Origin: Halorussus marinus | Lineage (GTDB): Archaea > Halobacteriota > Halobacteria > Halobacteriales > Haladaptataceae | Direction of reading: 5' to 3' | NCBI RefSeq assembly: GCF_004765795.1 | Contig: NZ_SBIV01000005.1 | Span: 1-64,000 of the forward strand | Length of the DNA: 64,000 bases | Shown: positions 1 through 11,447 of the stretch, in pieces | How positions within the stretch are numbered: position 1 is the first letter of the stretch | How the letters are laid out: the number at the start of each line of letters is the position of its first letter | Translations under genes and position numbers: made by a program | The notes under the pieces: generated by a model | The model's database searches: none | What the model was told of the DNA's origin: nothing | The model's input: the letters and a program-made list of their open reading frames with translations, nothing else

Positions 1-31
1 AGCAATGGCCTCCGGCAGGATCAACCGGAAT
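1..31 (-). rRNA. rrs: 16S rRNA, 5' end only (gene continues off the left edge)
   Basis: Reverse complement of 1-31 is ATTCCGGTTGATCCTGCCGGAGGCCATTGCT, the canonical archaeal 16S 5' terminus. Confidence 0.97.
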
Positions 32-215
32 GGTTGCCGAACCACGAAGGGTTCGGTGGGTCTCTGGCGGAAGCAACTGAATGCTAAATGTCCGTCAGTT
101 CGACGACACTGGCCGACGTCCGACCGGGTGTCACCGAACTACCAGGGCTAACATCAGATCCCATCGTGTACGGCGGACCGCAGGGGTGGAATCCTCATTT
201 CCTTCGGACCTGAAC
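32..215 (-). other. Pre-rRNA 5' external transcribed spacer with processing-stem arm
   Basis: Directly upstream of 16S. The minus strand contains GATGTTAGCCCTGGTAGTTCGGTGAC, typical of the haloarchaeal 16S bulge-helix-bulge 5' arm, plus ATGAGGA...CTGA. Confidence 0.75.
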
Positions 216-220
216 GTTTG

Positions 221-570
221 CTTCGATCGGTCTTAAACCCATCGAAGCGAGTTCGGTCCGAGATCGCGACGCGAGTTGAACGCGTCCCGAATCACGTCGT
301 GTCGTTTGCTGCATTACGATTCGAACCGCCCTATTCATTTAAGGGCGTCGAACCGGGCCGGCCTTCGGCGGGAAGACCCCCGAAGGCTCGTGCACATCCA
401 ACACCGAGCACCCGACTTCACTTAAGGGCGTCGGATCGGATTTTGAACGTCAGCCAGCCGAGGCGTCTTAAAAAGACGCCGATTCTCGCTGGCTCACGGA
501 AGCCCGAACCACCGGACTTCGTTCACATTACCACGAATGGCCGGGTTACACTTAAGACCGTCGAACCGTA
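221..570 (-). promoter_or_regulatory. Tandem rRNA operon promoters (about 5)
   Basis: Minus-strand repeats resembling TTCGACGCCCTTAAG, with TTAA cores at 233-236, 339-342, 422-425, 468-471 and 552-555. Confidence 0.75.
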
Positions 571-613
571 AGTCCAGTGGGTCGCGTTATCGTGATTCCA
601 GCCCCGCCCGGAC

Positions 614-1009
614 TTACTCTCGGTCGGTTCCCAGAACCATGACTTTCACCCTCGCGACCGCGTCGAAGTTCCGGAGGCGGTACGCGAGCTCGCGGACGTC
701 GCCGGCCGGACCGCGGCAGAACGCGGTTTCGAGACACCACTCGCCGTGGTGGACATGGCTCGTGGCGGCGATGACGTCGCCGAACTCGTGCTGGACGTCG
801 TGGAGGTCGTGGACCACCGACTCGTGTTCGTAGTCGTACGCGAGCACGGCGACGACCTCGCCGGCGGTGGCTTCGAGTTCGTCGTGAGACTCGACGTACT
901 CGCGCATGGCCTCGCGGACCGCCCGCGACCGCGAGTCGAGCCCTTCCGCCTGCCACGTCTCGTCGAACGCCGCCAGCACGTCCTCGGGAACAGTGAGACT
1001 CGTGCGCAT
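614..1009 (-). CDS. NikR/CopG-family ribbon-helix-helix metal-responsive regulator
   Basis: RHH N-terminus MRTSLTVPEDV...SRSRAVREAMR; NikR-type metal residues QH, HVH and C (EWCLE). Start reset to ATG at 1009. Confidence 0.85.
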   Translation of the reverse strand: MRTSLTVPEDVLAAFDETWQAEGLDSRSRAVREAMREYVESHDELEATAGEVVAVLAYDYEHESVVHDLHDVQHEFGDVIAATSHVHHGEWCLETAFCRGPAGDVRELAYRLRNFDAVARVKVMVLGTDRE

Positions 1010-1222
1010 GCCTTGGGCTTGCTCGCGAACGGCTTGTGTGTTTTCGTTGGGCACGGAGCCGAGCCTGCGTACGTAGTTACGGCCACCACGACGACAGTCA
1101 CAGTCGGGACGCGAGGAGAGCGGCCGCGATACCGGTCGAGATGGGGGTCGGCTTCGTCTCCGGGCTCCTTTAAACGTCAATTTTTTGTCTTCCGCGCGAC
1201 CACCGTTCGACTGGTGGGACCG

Positions 1223-1405
1223 ATGGACGAAGCAGCACTGGTTCCGACCGTGATCTACGTCCTGCTCACCGTCCAGTTGGTGGTACTGGCCGCAAGAACG
1301 TTCGAGTGGTTCGAACTGACCGGGCTCACCGGCACGCTCGTCGCGCTCCTGCTCGTCTTCGAGGGCGGACTCGCCTACGAGGGCGTCCAAGTCGCGCTCC
1401 GATAG
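1223..1405 (+). CDS. Small two-TM membrane protein (60 aa)
   Basis: MDEAALVPTVIYVLLTVQLVVLAA... with two hydrophobic segments and typical codon usage. Confidence 0.6.
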   Translation: MDEAALVPTVIYVLLTVQLVVLAARTFEWFELTGLTGTLVALLLVFEGGLAYEGVQVALR

Positions 1406-1498
1406 CGGTCGGGGTTCCGACGGGGCGGTCGGCGAGCCCCGGTCGAAAACCCGATTTTCCGAAGGGGCGGCGCCCCGAGGCCCGCGACGAGGCGGCGT

Positions 1499-4177
<2,679 letters not shown>

Positions 4178-4375
4178 AGGTGTCTCGTTGTCGTGTACTA
4201 CGGGACCCACGTTTATGCGGATTTTCCCTTTTCGAGCCGACGATCGCGGTGCCGAATACGATCATAAGTAAACTCAGCCGGTGTGCGTCTTTTGTTTCCT
4301 AAATTTGTACGCGGGGCGATCGCCCCCGAGCGCGCCACCGAACGGTTTTACCGCTCGCGCGGAACGTCCCGAGTG

Positions 4376-4420
4376 ATGTCGACCGAGAGACGCCGGCCCG
4401 GCGGCGAGGTGAAACCGTGA
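4376..4420 (+). CDS. Putative leaderless upstream micro-ORF MSTERRRPGGEVKP overlapping the cbiE start
   Basis: TTTTAC at 4346-4351, ATG at 4376, GAGGTGA SD at 4406-4412; its TGA overlaps the cbiE GTG (GTGA). Confidence 0.45.
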   Translation: MSTERRRPGGEVKP

Positions 4421-5178
4421 GCGACGACTACGACCTCGATGCGGGGCCCGACCCCGCCGGCGTCGCGGCCGCCGACCCCGAACCCGACGGTCCGGACGAC
4501 CCCGTCCGCGCGGTCGGGATCGGACCGGGGAACCTCGAGTACCTCACGCCCCGGGGCGAGCGCGCGATCCGAGACGCCGACGTCGTCGTCGGCTTCGAGA
4601 CGGTGATCGAGTACGTGGCCGACCGCACCGACGCGGACCTCCTGGCGTGTGGCTACGCCGACGAAGCCGAGACGCTGGCGGCGTTCGCCGACCGCGTCGC
4701 GTCGGGCGAGACCGGGACCGCGGTGCTGATGGGCGACCCGAACCACTCGGGCTACCAGTTCGTCGGGAAGGTCGAGGCGGCGGTCGAGCGACCGGTCCGG
4801 GTTGTCCCGGGGGTCTCGTCGCTTCAGGTGGCCGCGAGCAGGGCTCGGACGCCGATGGAGGAGTCGGTGTTCGTGACCCTCCACAAGAGCGGCGAGATCG
4901 ACCCCGACCTCGACAGGCTCCGGGCCGCGGTCGGGAACCGCCACCTGCTGGTGTTGCCCCGCCCGTTCGACTGGATGCCGGGCGACGTGGCTCGCGAACT
5001 GGTCGAGAGCGGCGCGCCGACGTGCCTCGACGCGCTCGTCTGCGAGCGACTCACTCACGACGACGAGACGATCACGCGCACGACGCTTGGCGCGCTCGCC
5101 GACTCTGCGGGCGGCTCGGACTCCCCGTACTCCGACCTCTCGGTGCTGGTCGTCAGGGCCGACCGAACCACTAAGTAG
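4417..5178 (+). CDS. cbiE: Cobalt-precorrin-7 C5-methyltransferase
   Basis: Tetrapyrrole methylase motifs VGIGPG, MGDPNHSG, PGVSSLQVAA; cob gene context. Confidence 0.85.
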   Translation: MSDDYDLDAGPDPAGVAAADPEPDGPDDPVRAVGIGPGNLEYLTPRGERAIRDADVVVGFETVIEYVADRTDADLLACGYADEAETLAAFADRVASGETGTAVLMGDPNHSGYQFVGKVEAAVERPVRVVPGVSSLQVAASRARTPMEESVFVTLHKSGEIDPDLDRLRAAVGNRHLLVLPRPFDWMPGDVARELVESGAPTCLDALVCERLTHDDETITRTTLGALADSAGGSDSPYSDLSVLVVRADRTTK

Positions 5179-5208
5179 TTAAACCCAGCTTGTCCTAATC
5201 ACGCCACG

Positions 5209-5286
5209 ATGGTGTTTCGTCACGCCGCGAGCGAACCGGCGACCGAGAGACTGCGGACCGGCGGGTCGGGCCGGGGTGGCCGATGA
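5209..5286 (+). CDS. Putative leaderless upstream micro-[28 protein letters not shown] overlapping the cobT start
   Basis: TTAAAC at 5179-5184, ATG at 5209; TGA at 5284-5286 overlaps the cobT ATG (ATGA). Confidence 0.45.
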   Translation: MVFRHAASEPATERLRTGGSGRGGR

Positions 5287-6332
5287 GGTTCGTCCTCGTC
5301 TCCGGCGCCACCCGGACCGCCGAGATCGACGGCATCAGCGCCGCGGGCGCCGATCCCGCGCTGATGGCCCACACCCCGAGCGCCGACGCCGAGATCGTGG
5401 AGTACGGCCGGCCGGTCGACGCGCCGGTCGTCCCGGTCAGTCCCACGGGGTGTCCCACGCCCGCGGTCGTCACTCGCGCGGTCCGCGAGCGGCTCGGTTT
5501 CGAGACGCTGATAGTCGACGCCGGACTCGCCGCGCCGACCGGCGCGCCGACCGTCGAGGTGGGATCGGGCCCCGGTGGGGACGTGCGCGAGCCCGAGCCG
5601 GTGGCGGACGCTTCCGAGACGTTCGCCGCGGCTCGCGACCTCGGCGCGTCACTGCCCGACGAGGAGCTCGTCGTCGCCGAGACGGTTCCGGGCGGGACCA
5701 CCACCGCGCTCGGCGTCCTCTCGGCGCTCGGCGAACGCGCGTCGGTGTCCTCGTCGCTACCCGACAATCCGATGGGACTCAAACGCGAGGTCGTCGCCGA
5801 CGCGCTCGCCGCGAGCGACCTCTCGGCGGGCGACTGTCGAGGCGATCCCCGCGGGGCCGTCCGCCGGATGGGCGACCCGGTACTCGCCGCGGTCGCGGGG
5901 CTGACGCGGGGCGCACTCGATGCCGGGACCGACGTGACCCTCGCCGGCGGGACCCAACTGGCCGCGGCGGGCGCGCTCGTCCGCCACGCGGGGATCGAGG
6001 CGCCGCTCGAACTCGCCACGACGCGCTTCGTCGCCGACGACGACACCGCCGCGATCGGCGCGCTCGCCGACGACCTCGACCTCTCGCTGACCGTGACCGA
6101 CCCCGAGTTCGAGGCCGGCGACCACCCCGCGACCGACGCCTACCTCGCGGGCGAGGCCAAAGAAGGGGTCGGCATGGGCGGCGCGCTCGCGCTCGCCGAC
6201 CGGGCGGGCGCGTCGCCGGCCGCGATCCGCGAGCAGATCGGCGTCGTCTACGACCGGATTACCGGCGACGGCCGGCCGGGCGAGGGCCGCGACGCCGACC
6301 CGGACGACGACCCTCGGGAGGCCGGGCCGTGA
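5283..6332 (+). CDS. cobT: Nicotinate-nucleotide--dimethylbenzimidazole phosphoribosyltransferase (archaeal type)
   Basis: [32 protein letters not shown] and KEGVGMGG motifs. Confidence 0.9.
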   Translation: MRFVLVSGATRTAEIDGISAAGADPALMAHTPSADAEIVEYGRPVDAPVVPVSPTGCPTPAVVTRAVRERLGFETLIVDAGLAAPTGAPTVEVGSGPGGDVREPEPVADASETFAAARDLGASLPDEELVVAETVPGGTTTALGVLSALGERASVSSSLPDNPMGLKREVVADALAASDLSAGDCRGDPRGAVRRMGDPVLAAVAGLTRGALDAGTDVTLAGGTQLAAAGALVRHAGIEAPLELATTRFVADDDTAAIGALADDLDLSLTVTDPEFEAGDHPATDAYLAGEAKEGVGMGGALALADRAGASPAAIREQIGVVYDRITGDGRPGEGRDADPDDDPREAGP

Positions 6333-7633
6333 AGGGCGTGGTTCTCGGTGGGACGAGTTCGGGCGTCGGCAAGACCGTCGCCACCCTCGCGGTGCTCCGG
6401 GCGCTGGCGGAGGCGGGCCGGGACCCCCAGCCGGCGAAGGCCGGGCCCGACTTCATCGACCCGAGCCACCACGAGCGAGTCGCCGGTCGCCCGTCGCGGA
6501 CGCTGGACTGCTGGCTGGAGGGCCGCGAGGGCCTGCGACGCAACTACTACCGGGGCGACGGCGACATCTGCGTCGTCGAGGGCGTGATGGGGCTGTACGA
6601 CGGCGACGGCTCCAGCACCGCGATGGTCGCCGAGGCGCTCGACCTCCCGGTCGTCCTCGTGGTCGACGCCGCGGCCGGGATGGAGAGCGTGGCCGCGACC
6701 GCGCTCGGCTTCCGGGAGTACGCCGAGCGCGTCGGTCGGGACGTCGAGGTCGCCGGCGTCCTCGCCCAGCGCGCCCACGGCGGTCGTCACGCCGAGGGCG
6801 TCCGGGAAGCGCTCCCCGACGACCTCGCGTACTTCGGACGGATCGGGCCCGACCCCGCCCTCGAAGTCCCCGAACGCCACCTCGGGCTCGAACGCGGCGA
6901 CGAGCGGCCCCTGAGCGACGAGGCCCTGTCGGCGGCCGCCGAACACGTCCGGGCCGAGCGACTACTGGCGACGGCCCGCGAGCCGCCGCGGCCCGACCCC
7001 GACTCCCGACCGGGCGAGCGAGCGACCGGCGAGCGGATCGCGATCGCCCGAGACGGGGCCTTCAGCTTCCGGTACCCCGCGACCGTCGAGCGGCTCCGAG
7101 CGCGGGCCGACGTGCGGACGTTCTCACCCGTCGCGGGCGACGACCTGCCCGACTGCGACGGGGTCTACCTCCCGGGGGGCTACCCGGAGCTGTACGCCCA
7201 AGACCTCGCGGTGAGCCCGGCGCTGGCGACCCTCCGCGAGCGCGCGAGCGAGGGACTCCCCGTGTTCGGGGAGTGTGGCGGACTGATGGCGCTCGCGGAG
7301 TCGCTCACGACGACCGACGGCGACAGCTACGAGATGGCGGGCGTCCTCCCGGCGGACGTGGAGATGCGCGAGCGCTATCAGGCGCTCGACCACGTCGAAC
7401 TCCGGGCGCGCGAGCGGACCCTCACCGCGAGCGCGGGCGACCGCCTCCGGGGCCACGAGTTCCACTACTCCGCCGCCGACCCCGCGACAGACGCCCGGTT
7501 CGCCTTCGACGTCGAGCGGGGCGAGGGGATCGACGGCGATCGCGACGGACTGACCGAATACCGGACGCTGGGCACCTACTGCCACGTCCACGCCGAGAGC
7601 GGCGCGTTCGACACATTCATCGACCACCTATGA
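6329..7633 (+). CDS. cbiA: Cobyrinic acid a,c-diamide synthase
   Basis: [48 protein letters not shown] start overlaps the cobT stop. Confidence 0.93.
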   Translation: MKGVVLGGTSSGVGKTVATLAVLRALAEAGRDPQPAKAGPDFIDPSHHERVAGRPSRTLDCWLEGREGLRRNYYRGDGDICVVEGVMGLYDGDGSSTAMVAEALDLPVVLVVDAAAGMESVAATALGFREYAERVGRDVEVAGVLAQRAHGGRHAEGVREALPDDLAYFGRIGPDPALEVPERHLGLERGDERPLSDEALSAAAEHVRAERLLATAREPPRPDPDSRPGERATGERIAIARDGAFSFRYPATVERLRARADVRTFSPVAGDDLPDCDGVYLPGGYPELYAQDLAVSPALATLRERASEGLPVFGECGGLMALAESLTTTDGDSYEMAGVLPADVEMRERYQALDHVELRARERTLTASAGDRLRGHEFHYSAADPATDARFAFDVERGEGIDGDRDGLTEYRTLGTYCHVHAESGAFDTFIDHL

Positions 7634-8319
7634 CAGACGACCACACATCGACCGACCGGAGCACGGGCGAACAGACAGCGAGCGACCGAGCGCCGACCGC
7701 AGAGGCCATCGAACCGTCGACCCCCGAGGAGTTCGGACTGGTGCAGGTCTGGTGGGGCGACGGGAAGGGCAAGACGACCGCCGCGCTGGGGATGGGCTTT
7801 CGGGCCGCCGGCCACGGCTACCGCGTCCACATGCTCCAGTTCATGAAGGGCGGGACCGGCACCGTAGAGGACACGCGCGGCGAGTACAACGCCATCGAAC
7901 GCGTCCCCGGGTTCACCTACGAGAACACCGGCCACTACGGCTGGCACGGCTTCCTCGACGGCTCGGACGACGACGAGCACGACGCGAAGGCCGCCGCCGC
8001 GCTCGCGCGTGCGCGTGAGATAGTGGAGGCCAGCGAGTCGACCGGCGACGAACCGGTCGCCACCGACGCGCCGGCCGACGCGGGCGTCCACATGCTGATC
8101 CTCGACGAGGTGCTCTACGCCGCTAACCGCGGCCTGATCGACCCCGAGGCGGTGATCGACCTCGTCGAGACCAAACCCGACGACCTCGAACTGGTCCTGA
8201 CCGGCGGCCACGACCGCCCCGAGTTCGCGTGCGAGCGCGCGGACCTCGTCACCAACGTCCGGAAGGAGGCCCACCCCATCGAGTCGGGCCACGCCGCTCG
8301 GAAGGGCACGGAGTACTGA
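7630..8319 (+). CDS. cobO: Cob(I)yrinic acid a,c-diamide adenosyltransferase
   Basis: GDGKGKTTAALG, QFMKG, ILDE, LVLTG, ARKGTEY. Confidence 0.93.
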   Translation: MTDDHTSTDRSTGEQTASDRAPTAEAIEPSTPEEFGLVQVWWGDGKGKTTAALGMGFRAAGHGYRVHMLQFMKGGTGTVEDTRGEYNAIERVPGFTYENTGHYGWHGFLDGSDDDEHDAKAAAALARAREIVEASESTGDEPVATDAPADAGVHMLILDEVLYAANRGLIDPEAVIDLVETKPDDLELVLTGGHDRPEFACERADLVTNVRKEAHPIESGHAARKGTEY

Positions 8320-9906
8320 ATGACCCGCACGCTGCTGGTCGCCGGGACCGCGAGCCACGTCGGCAAGAGCACCGTCGCCGCGGGGCTCTGTCGGCACCTC
8401 GCCGACGCCGGGGTCTCGGTCGCGCCGTTCAAGGCCCAGAACATGAGCAACAACGCTCGGGCCGTCCTCGCGCCCGCGGCCGGCGGCGACCGCGGGGCGG
8501 GCGAGCGCGCGGCGGCGGAATCGGGTGCGAGGAGAGAGGGAGGGGGTCTGGGGGAGGGAGAGAGGAGAGAGGGCGAGATCGGCGTCTCCCAGTACGTTCA
8601 GGCCCGGGCGGCCCGGATCACGCCGACGACCGATCTGAACCCCGTCCTGCTCAAGCCCCGCGGCGACGGCGAGAGCCAACTGGTCGTTCAGGGCGAGGCC
8701 GTCGGCCACTTCGAGGCGGGGTCGTACTACGACGACCACTGGGTGCGCGCCCGAGCCGCCGCGGTCGAGTCCTTCGAGCGACTCGCCGCCGACCACGAGG
8801 TGGTCGTCGCCGAAGGCGCGGGCAGTATCGCCGAGATCAACCTCCACGACCGGGATCTGGCGAACGTCGAGACCGCCCGGTTCGCCGACGGCACCGACGT
8901 GATCGTGGTCGCCGACATCGAGCGCGGCGGCGCGTTCGCCAGCCTCTACGGCACGCTCGAACTGATGCCCGACGACGTCCGCGAGCGAGTGGTGGGCGCG
9001 CTCGTCACGAAGTTCCGGGGCGATCGGTCGATCCTCGACCCGGGGATCGCGGAGTTCGAGGACCGAACCGGCGTCCCGATCCTCGGCGTGCTTCCGTACG
9101 ACGACCCCGGACTCCCCGAGGAGGACAGCGTCTCGTTGCCCGCGGAGGGCGAGCGGGCGGTCCGGGGCGACGACGACGGCGTCCCGGACGACCGGGCGGT
9201 CACGGTCGCGGCGGTCCGGCTCCCGCGGGTCTCGAACGGCACCGACCTCGAACCGCTCGAACGCGAGCCCGGCGTTCGGGTCGCGTACGTTCCCCCGAAC
9301 GCCGACCTCGGGGAGGCCGACGCGGTCGTCCTCCCGGGGACGAAAAACACCGTCGACGACCTGCTCGCGCTCCGGGAAGCCGGCTTCGGGGAGGCGCTGG
9401 CCGAGTTCGACGGACCGATCGTCGGCCTCTGTGGGGGCTATCAGGTACTCGGCGAGCGAATCCGGAACGCGGGCGTCGAGAGCACCGCCGAGCGCGGGAC
9501 CGTCCCGGGGTTCGGCCTGCTCCCGGTCGAGACCAGCTTCTCGGCCGACAAGCGCGTCGCGCAGGTGACCCGATCGGTCGACGGGACCGGCCCCATCGCC
9601 GGCGCGTCCGGGACGGTCTCGGGCTACGAGATACACATGGGCGAGTCGACGCCCACGGCGCCGGTCGACCGGCCGGTCGGCCCCGCCAGCGCCGCGACCG
9701 ACCGAGTGCTCGGGACCTACCTCCACGGCCTGTTCGAGAACGAGAACGCCCGCTCGGCGTTCGTCGCGCGGGTCTTCGAGGCGAGCGGGAAGACGCCGCC
9801 GGACGCAGGCGGGAAGGCGGCCTCGCCCCACGACGCCGCGGCCGAACTCGTTCGCGAGCATGTGGATCTGGCGGCGCTCGGACTGCCCACGGCGCGCGAT
9901 TTATGA
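8320..9906 (+). CDS. cbiP: Cobyric acid synthase
   Basis: [47 protein letters not shown]. Confidence 0.94.
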   Translation: MTRTLLVAGTASHVGKSTVAAGLCRHLADAGVSVAPFKAQNMSNNARAVLAPAAGGDRGAGERAAAESGARREGGGLGEGERREGEIGVSQYVQARAARITPTTDLNPVLLKPRGDGESQLVVQGEAVGHFEAGSYYDDHWVRARAAAVESFERLAADHEVVVAEGAGSIAEINLHDRDLANVETARFADGTDVIVVADIERGGAFASLYGTLELMPDDVRERVVGALVTKFRGDRSILDPGIAEFEDRTGVPILGVLPYDDPGLPEEDSVSLPAEGERAVRGDDDGVPDDRAVTVAAVRLPRVSNGTDLEPLEREPGVRVAYVPPNADLGEADAVVLPGTKNTVDDLLALREAGFGEALAEFDGPIVGLCGGYQVLGERIRNAGVESTAERGTVPGFGLLPVETSFSADKRVAQVTRSVDGTGPIAGASGTVSGYEIHMGESTPTAPVDRPVGPASAATDRVLGTYLHGLFENENARSAFVARVFEASGKTPPDAGGKAASPHDAAAELVREHVDLAALGLPTARDL

Positions 9907-9967
9907 AAGCTCGCTTTGTGTAGTGAAATCCTAGTAGTTTTATTCGGGCGGCGCCGAATCCCGCGAC

Positions 9968-10459
9968 ATGGAGCAGACCGAGACGGTGCAGACCGCGACG
10001 CTGGACGAGTCACACACCGAAATGAGCGAGATCCTGATGCCCGACGACACCAACAACCTCGGTCGGGCGCTCGGCGGGTCGGTCCTCCACTGGATGGACA
10101 TCTGTGGAGCGATTTCCGCGCGGCGGTTCTCGCGGCGGCAGGTCGTCACGGCGTCGATGGACCACGTCGACTTCCTCGAAGCGATCGACCTCGGCGACGT
10201 CGTGGTGACCGAGGCCTACGTCTTCGAGACCGGCGAGTCGAGCATGGAAGCGAAAGTCGACGTGTACGCCGAGCGGCCGAGCGACGACGAGCGCCGCGAG
10301 ACCGCCACCTCGTTTTTCACCTTCGTCGCGCTCGACGGCGACGAGAACGCGGCGGCCGTGCCCGATCTCCGGTGTCCGACCGACGAACAGGAGCGAAAGC
10401 GCCGCGAGGCGCTCGAAGAGCGGTCCCGGCGCAGGGCGGCGCTGGCCGAGACCGAGTAG
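9968..10459 (+). CDS. Acyl-CoA thioesterase (hotdog fold)
   Basis: PDDTNNLGRALGG..LHWMD, VVTAS and FTFVALD motifs; TATA about 27 nt upstream. Confidence 0.9.
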   Translation: MEQTETVQTATLDESHTEMSEILMPDDTNNLGRALGGSVLHWMDICGAISARRFSRRQVVTASMDHVDFLEAIDLGDVVVTEAYVFETGESSMEAKVDVYAERPSDDERRETATSFFTFVALDGDENAAAVPDLRCPTDEQERKRREALEERSRRRAALAETE

Positions 10460-11446
10460 CTACCAGTCGAGCGAGCCGCCCGACCGGTACTCGGTCACCT
10501 GGGTCTCGAAGAAGTTCTTCTCCTTGTTGAGGTCGGTCGCCTCCGACATCCACGGGAAGGGGTTGTCGGTGCCGTACGACGCCGGGAGGTCGAGCTGGCG
10601 GAGGCGACGGTCGGCGACGTACTCGACGTACTCGGCGAACTGCTCGGGGCCCATCCCGAGGATCTCGTCGGGGCAGGCCTCCCGGGCGTAGAGCTGTTCG
10701 AGCTCGACCGCCTCCTCGATCAGCGCCGCGATCTCGGCTCCGAACTCGTCGGTCCAGACGCCCGGGTGCTCCTCCCGGACGGTGTTGATGAGGTCGACCC
10801 CGAACGCGAGGTGGACCGACTCGTCGCGCATGATGTACTCGAACTGCTGGCCGATACCGACCATCTTGTTCTGTCGCTTGAGCCCGAGCATCATCGCGAA
10901 TCCGGCGTAGAAGAAGATGCCCTCCATGATGACGTAGAAGCCGACGAGGTCCCGGAGGAACGACCGGACGTCCGCGTCGGTCCGAAGCTCGAAGTCGTCG
11001 TCGAGAATGTCCTCGGTCAAATCGACGACGTACGCGTCTTTCTCCTCGATCGACGGCACCTCCTCGTACATGCCGTAGACGTAGTCGGGGTCGAGGCCGA
11101 GCGAGTCACAGCAGTAGATGAAGGTGTCGGTGTGGATGGCCTCCTCGTAGGCCTGCCTGAGGAGGTACTGACGACACTCCGGGCTGGTGACGTACTCGTA
11201 GAGCGCCAGCACGATGTTGTTGGCGGTCAGCGATTCGGCGGTCGAGAAGAACCCAAGATTCCACTCGACGAGCTGGCGCTCGGCGTCGGTCAGCGCGTCG
11301 CCGTTCCACTGATTGGCGTCCTCGCCCATCGGAATCTCCTCGGGCACCCAGTTGTTGTTCACGCCGGCGCGGTAGTACTCGCGCGCCCAGTCGTACTCGA
11401 TCGGCAGTATCTTGTTCGGGTCGGTCTTGTCGTCGTTCAGTATCAT
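10460..11446 (-). CDS. nrdB: Ribonucleotide reductase beta subunit (class Ic/R2c type)
   Basis: WVPEEI, FSTAES, EEAIHTDTF, MEGIFFY, RDESVH and C-terminal NFFETQVTEY...W. Confidence 0.94.
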   Translation of the reverse strand: MILNDDKTDPNKILPIEYDWAREYYRAGVNNNWVPEEIPMGEDANQWNGDALTDAERQLVEWNLGFFSTAESLTANNIVLALYEYVTSPECRQYLLRQAYEEAIHTDTFIYCCDSLGLDPDYVYGMYEEVPSIEEKDAYVVDLTEDILDDDFELRTDADVRSFLRDLVGFYVIMEGIFFYAGFAMMLGLKRQNKMVGIGQQFEYIMRDESVHLAFGVDLINTVREEHPGVWTDEFGAEIAALIEEAVELEQLYAREACPDEILGMGPEQFAEYVEYVADRRLRQLDLPASYGTDNPFPWMSEATDLNKEKNFFETQVTEYRSGGSLDW

Positions 11447-11447
11447 A

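Noticed and set aside
218..571. 117-aa ORF
   Set aside because: Lies antisense across the rRNA promoter array and has basic, motif-free composition.
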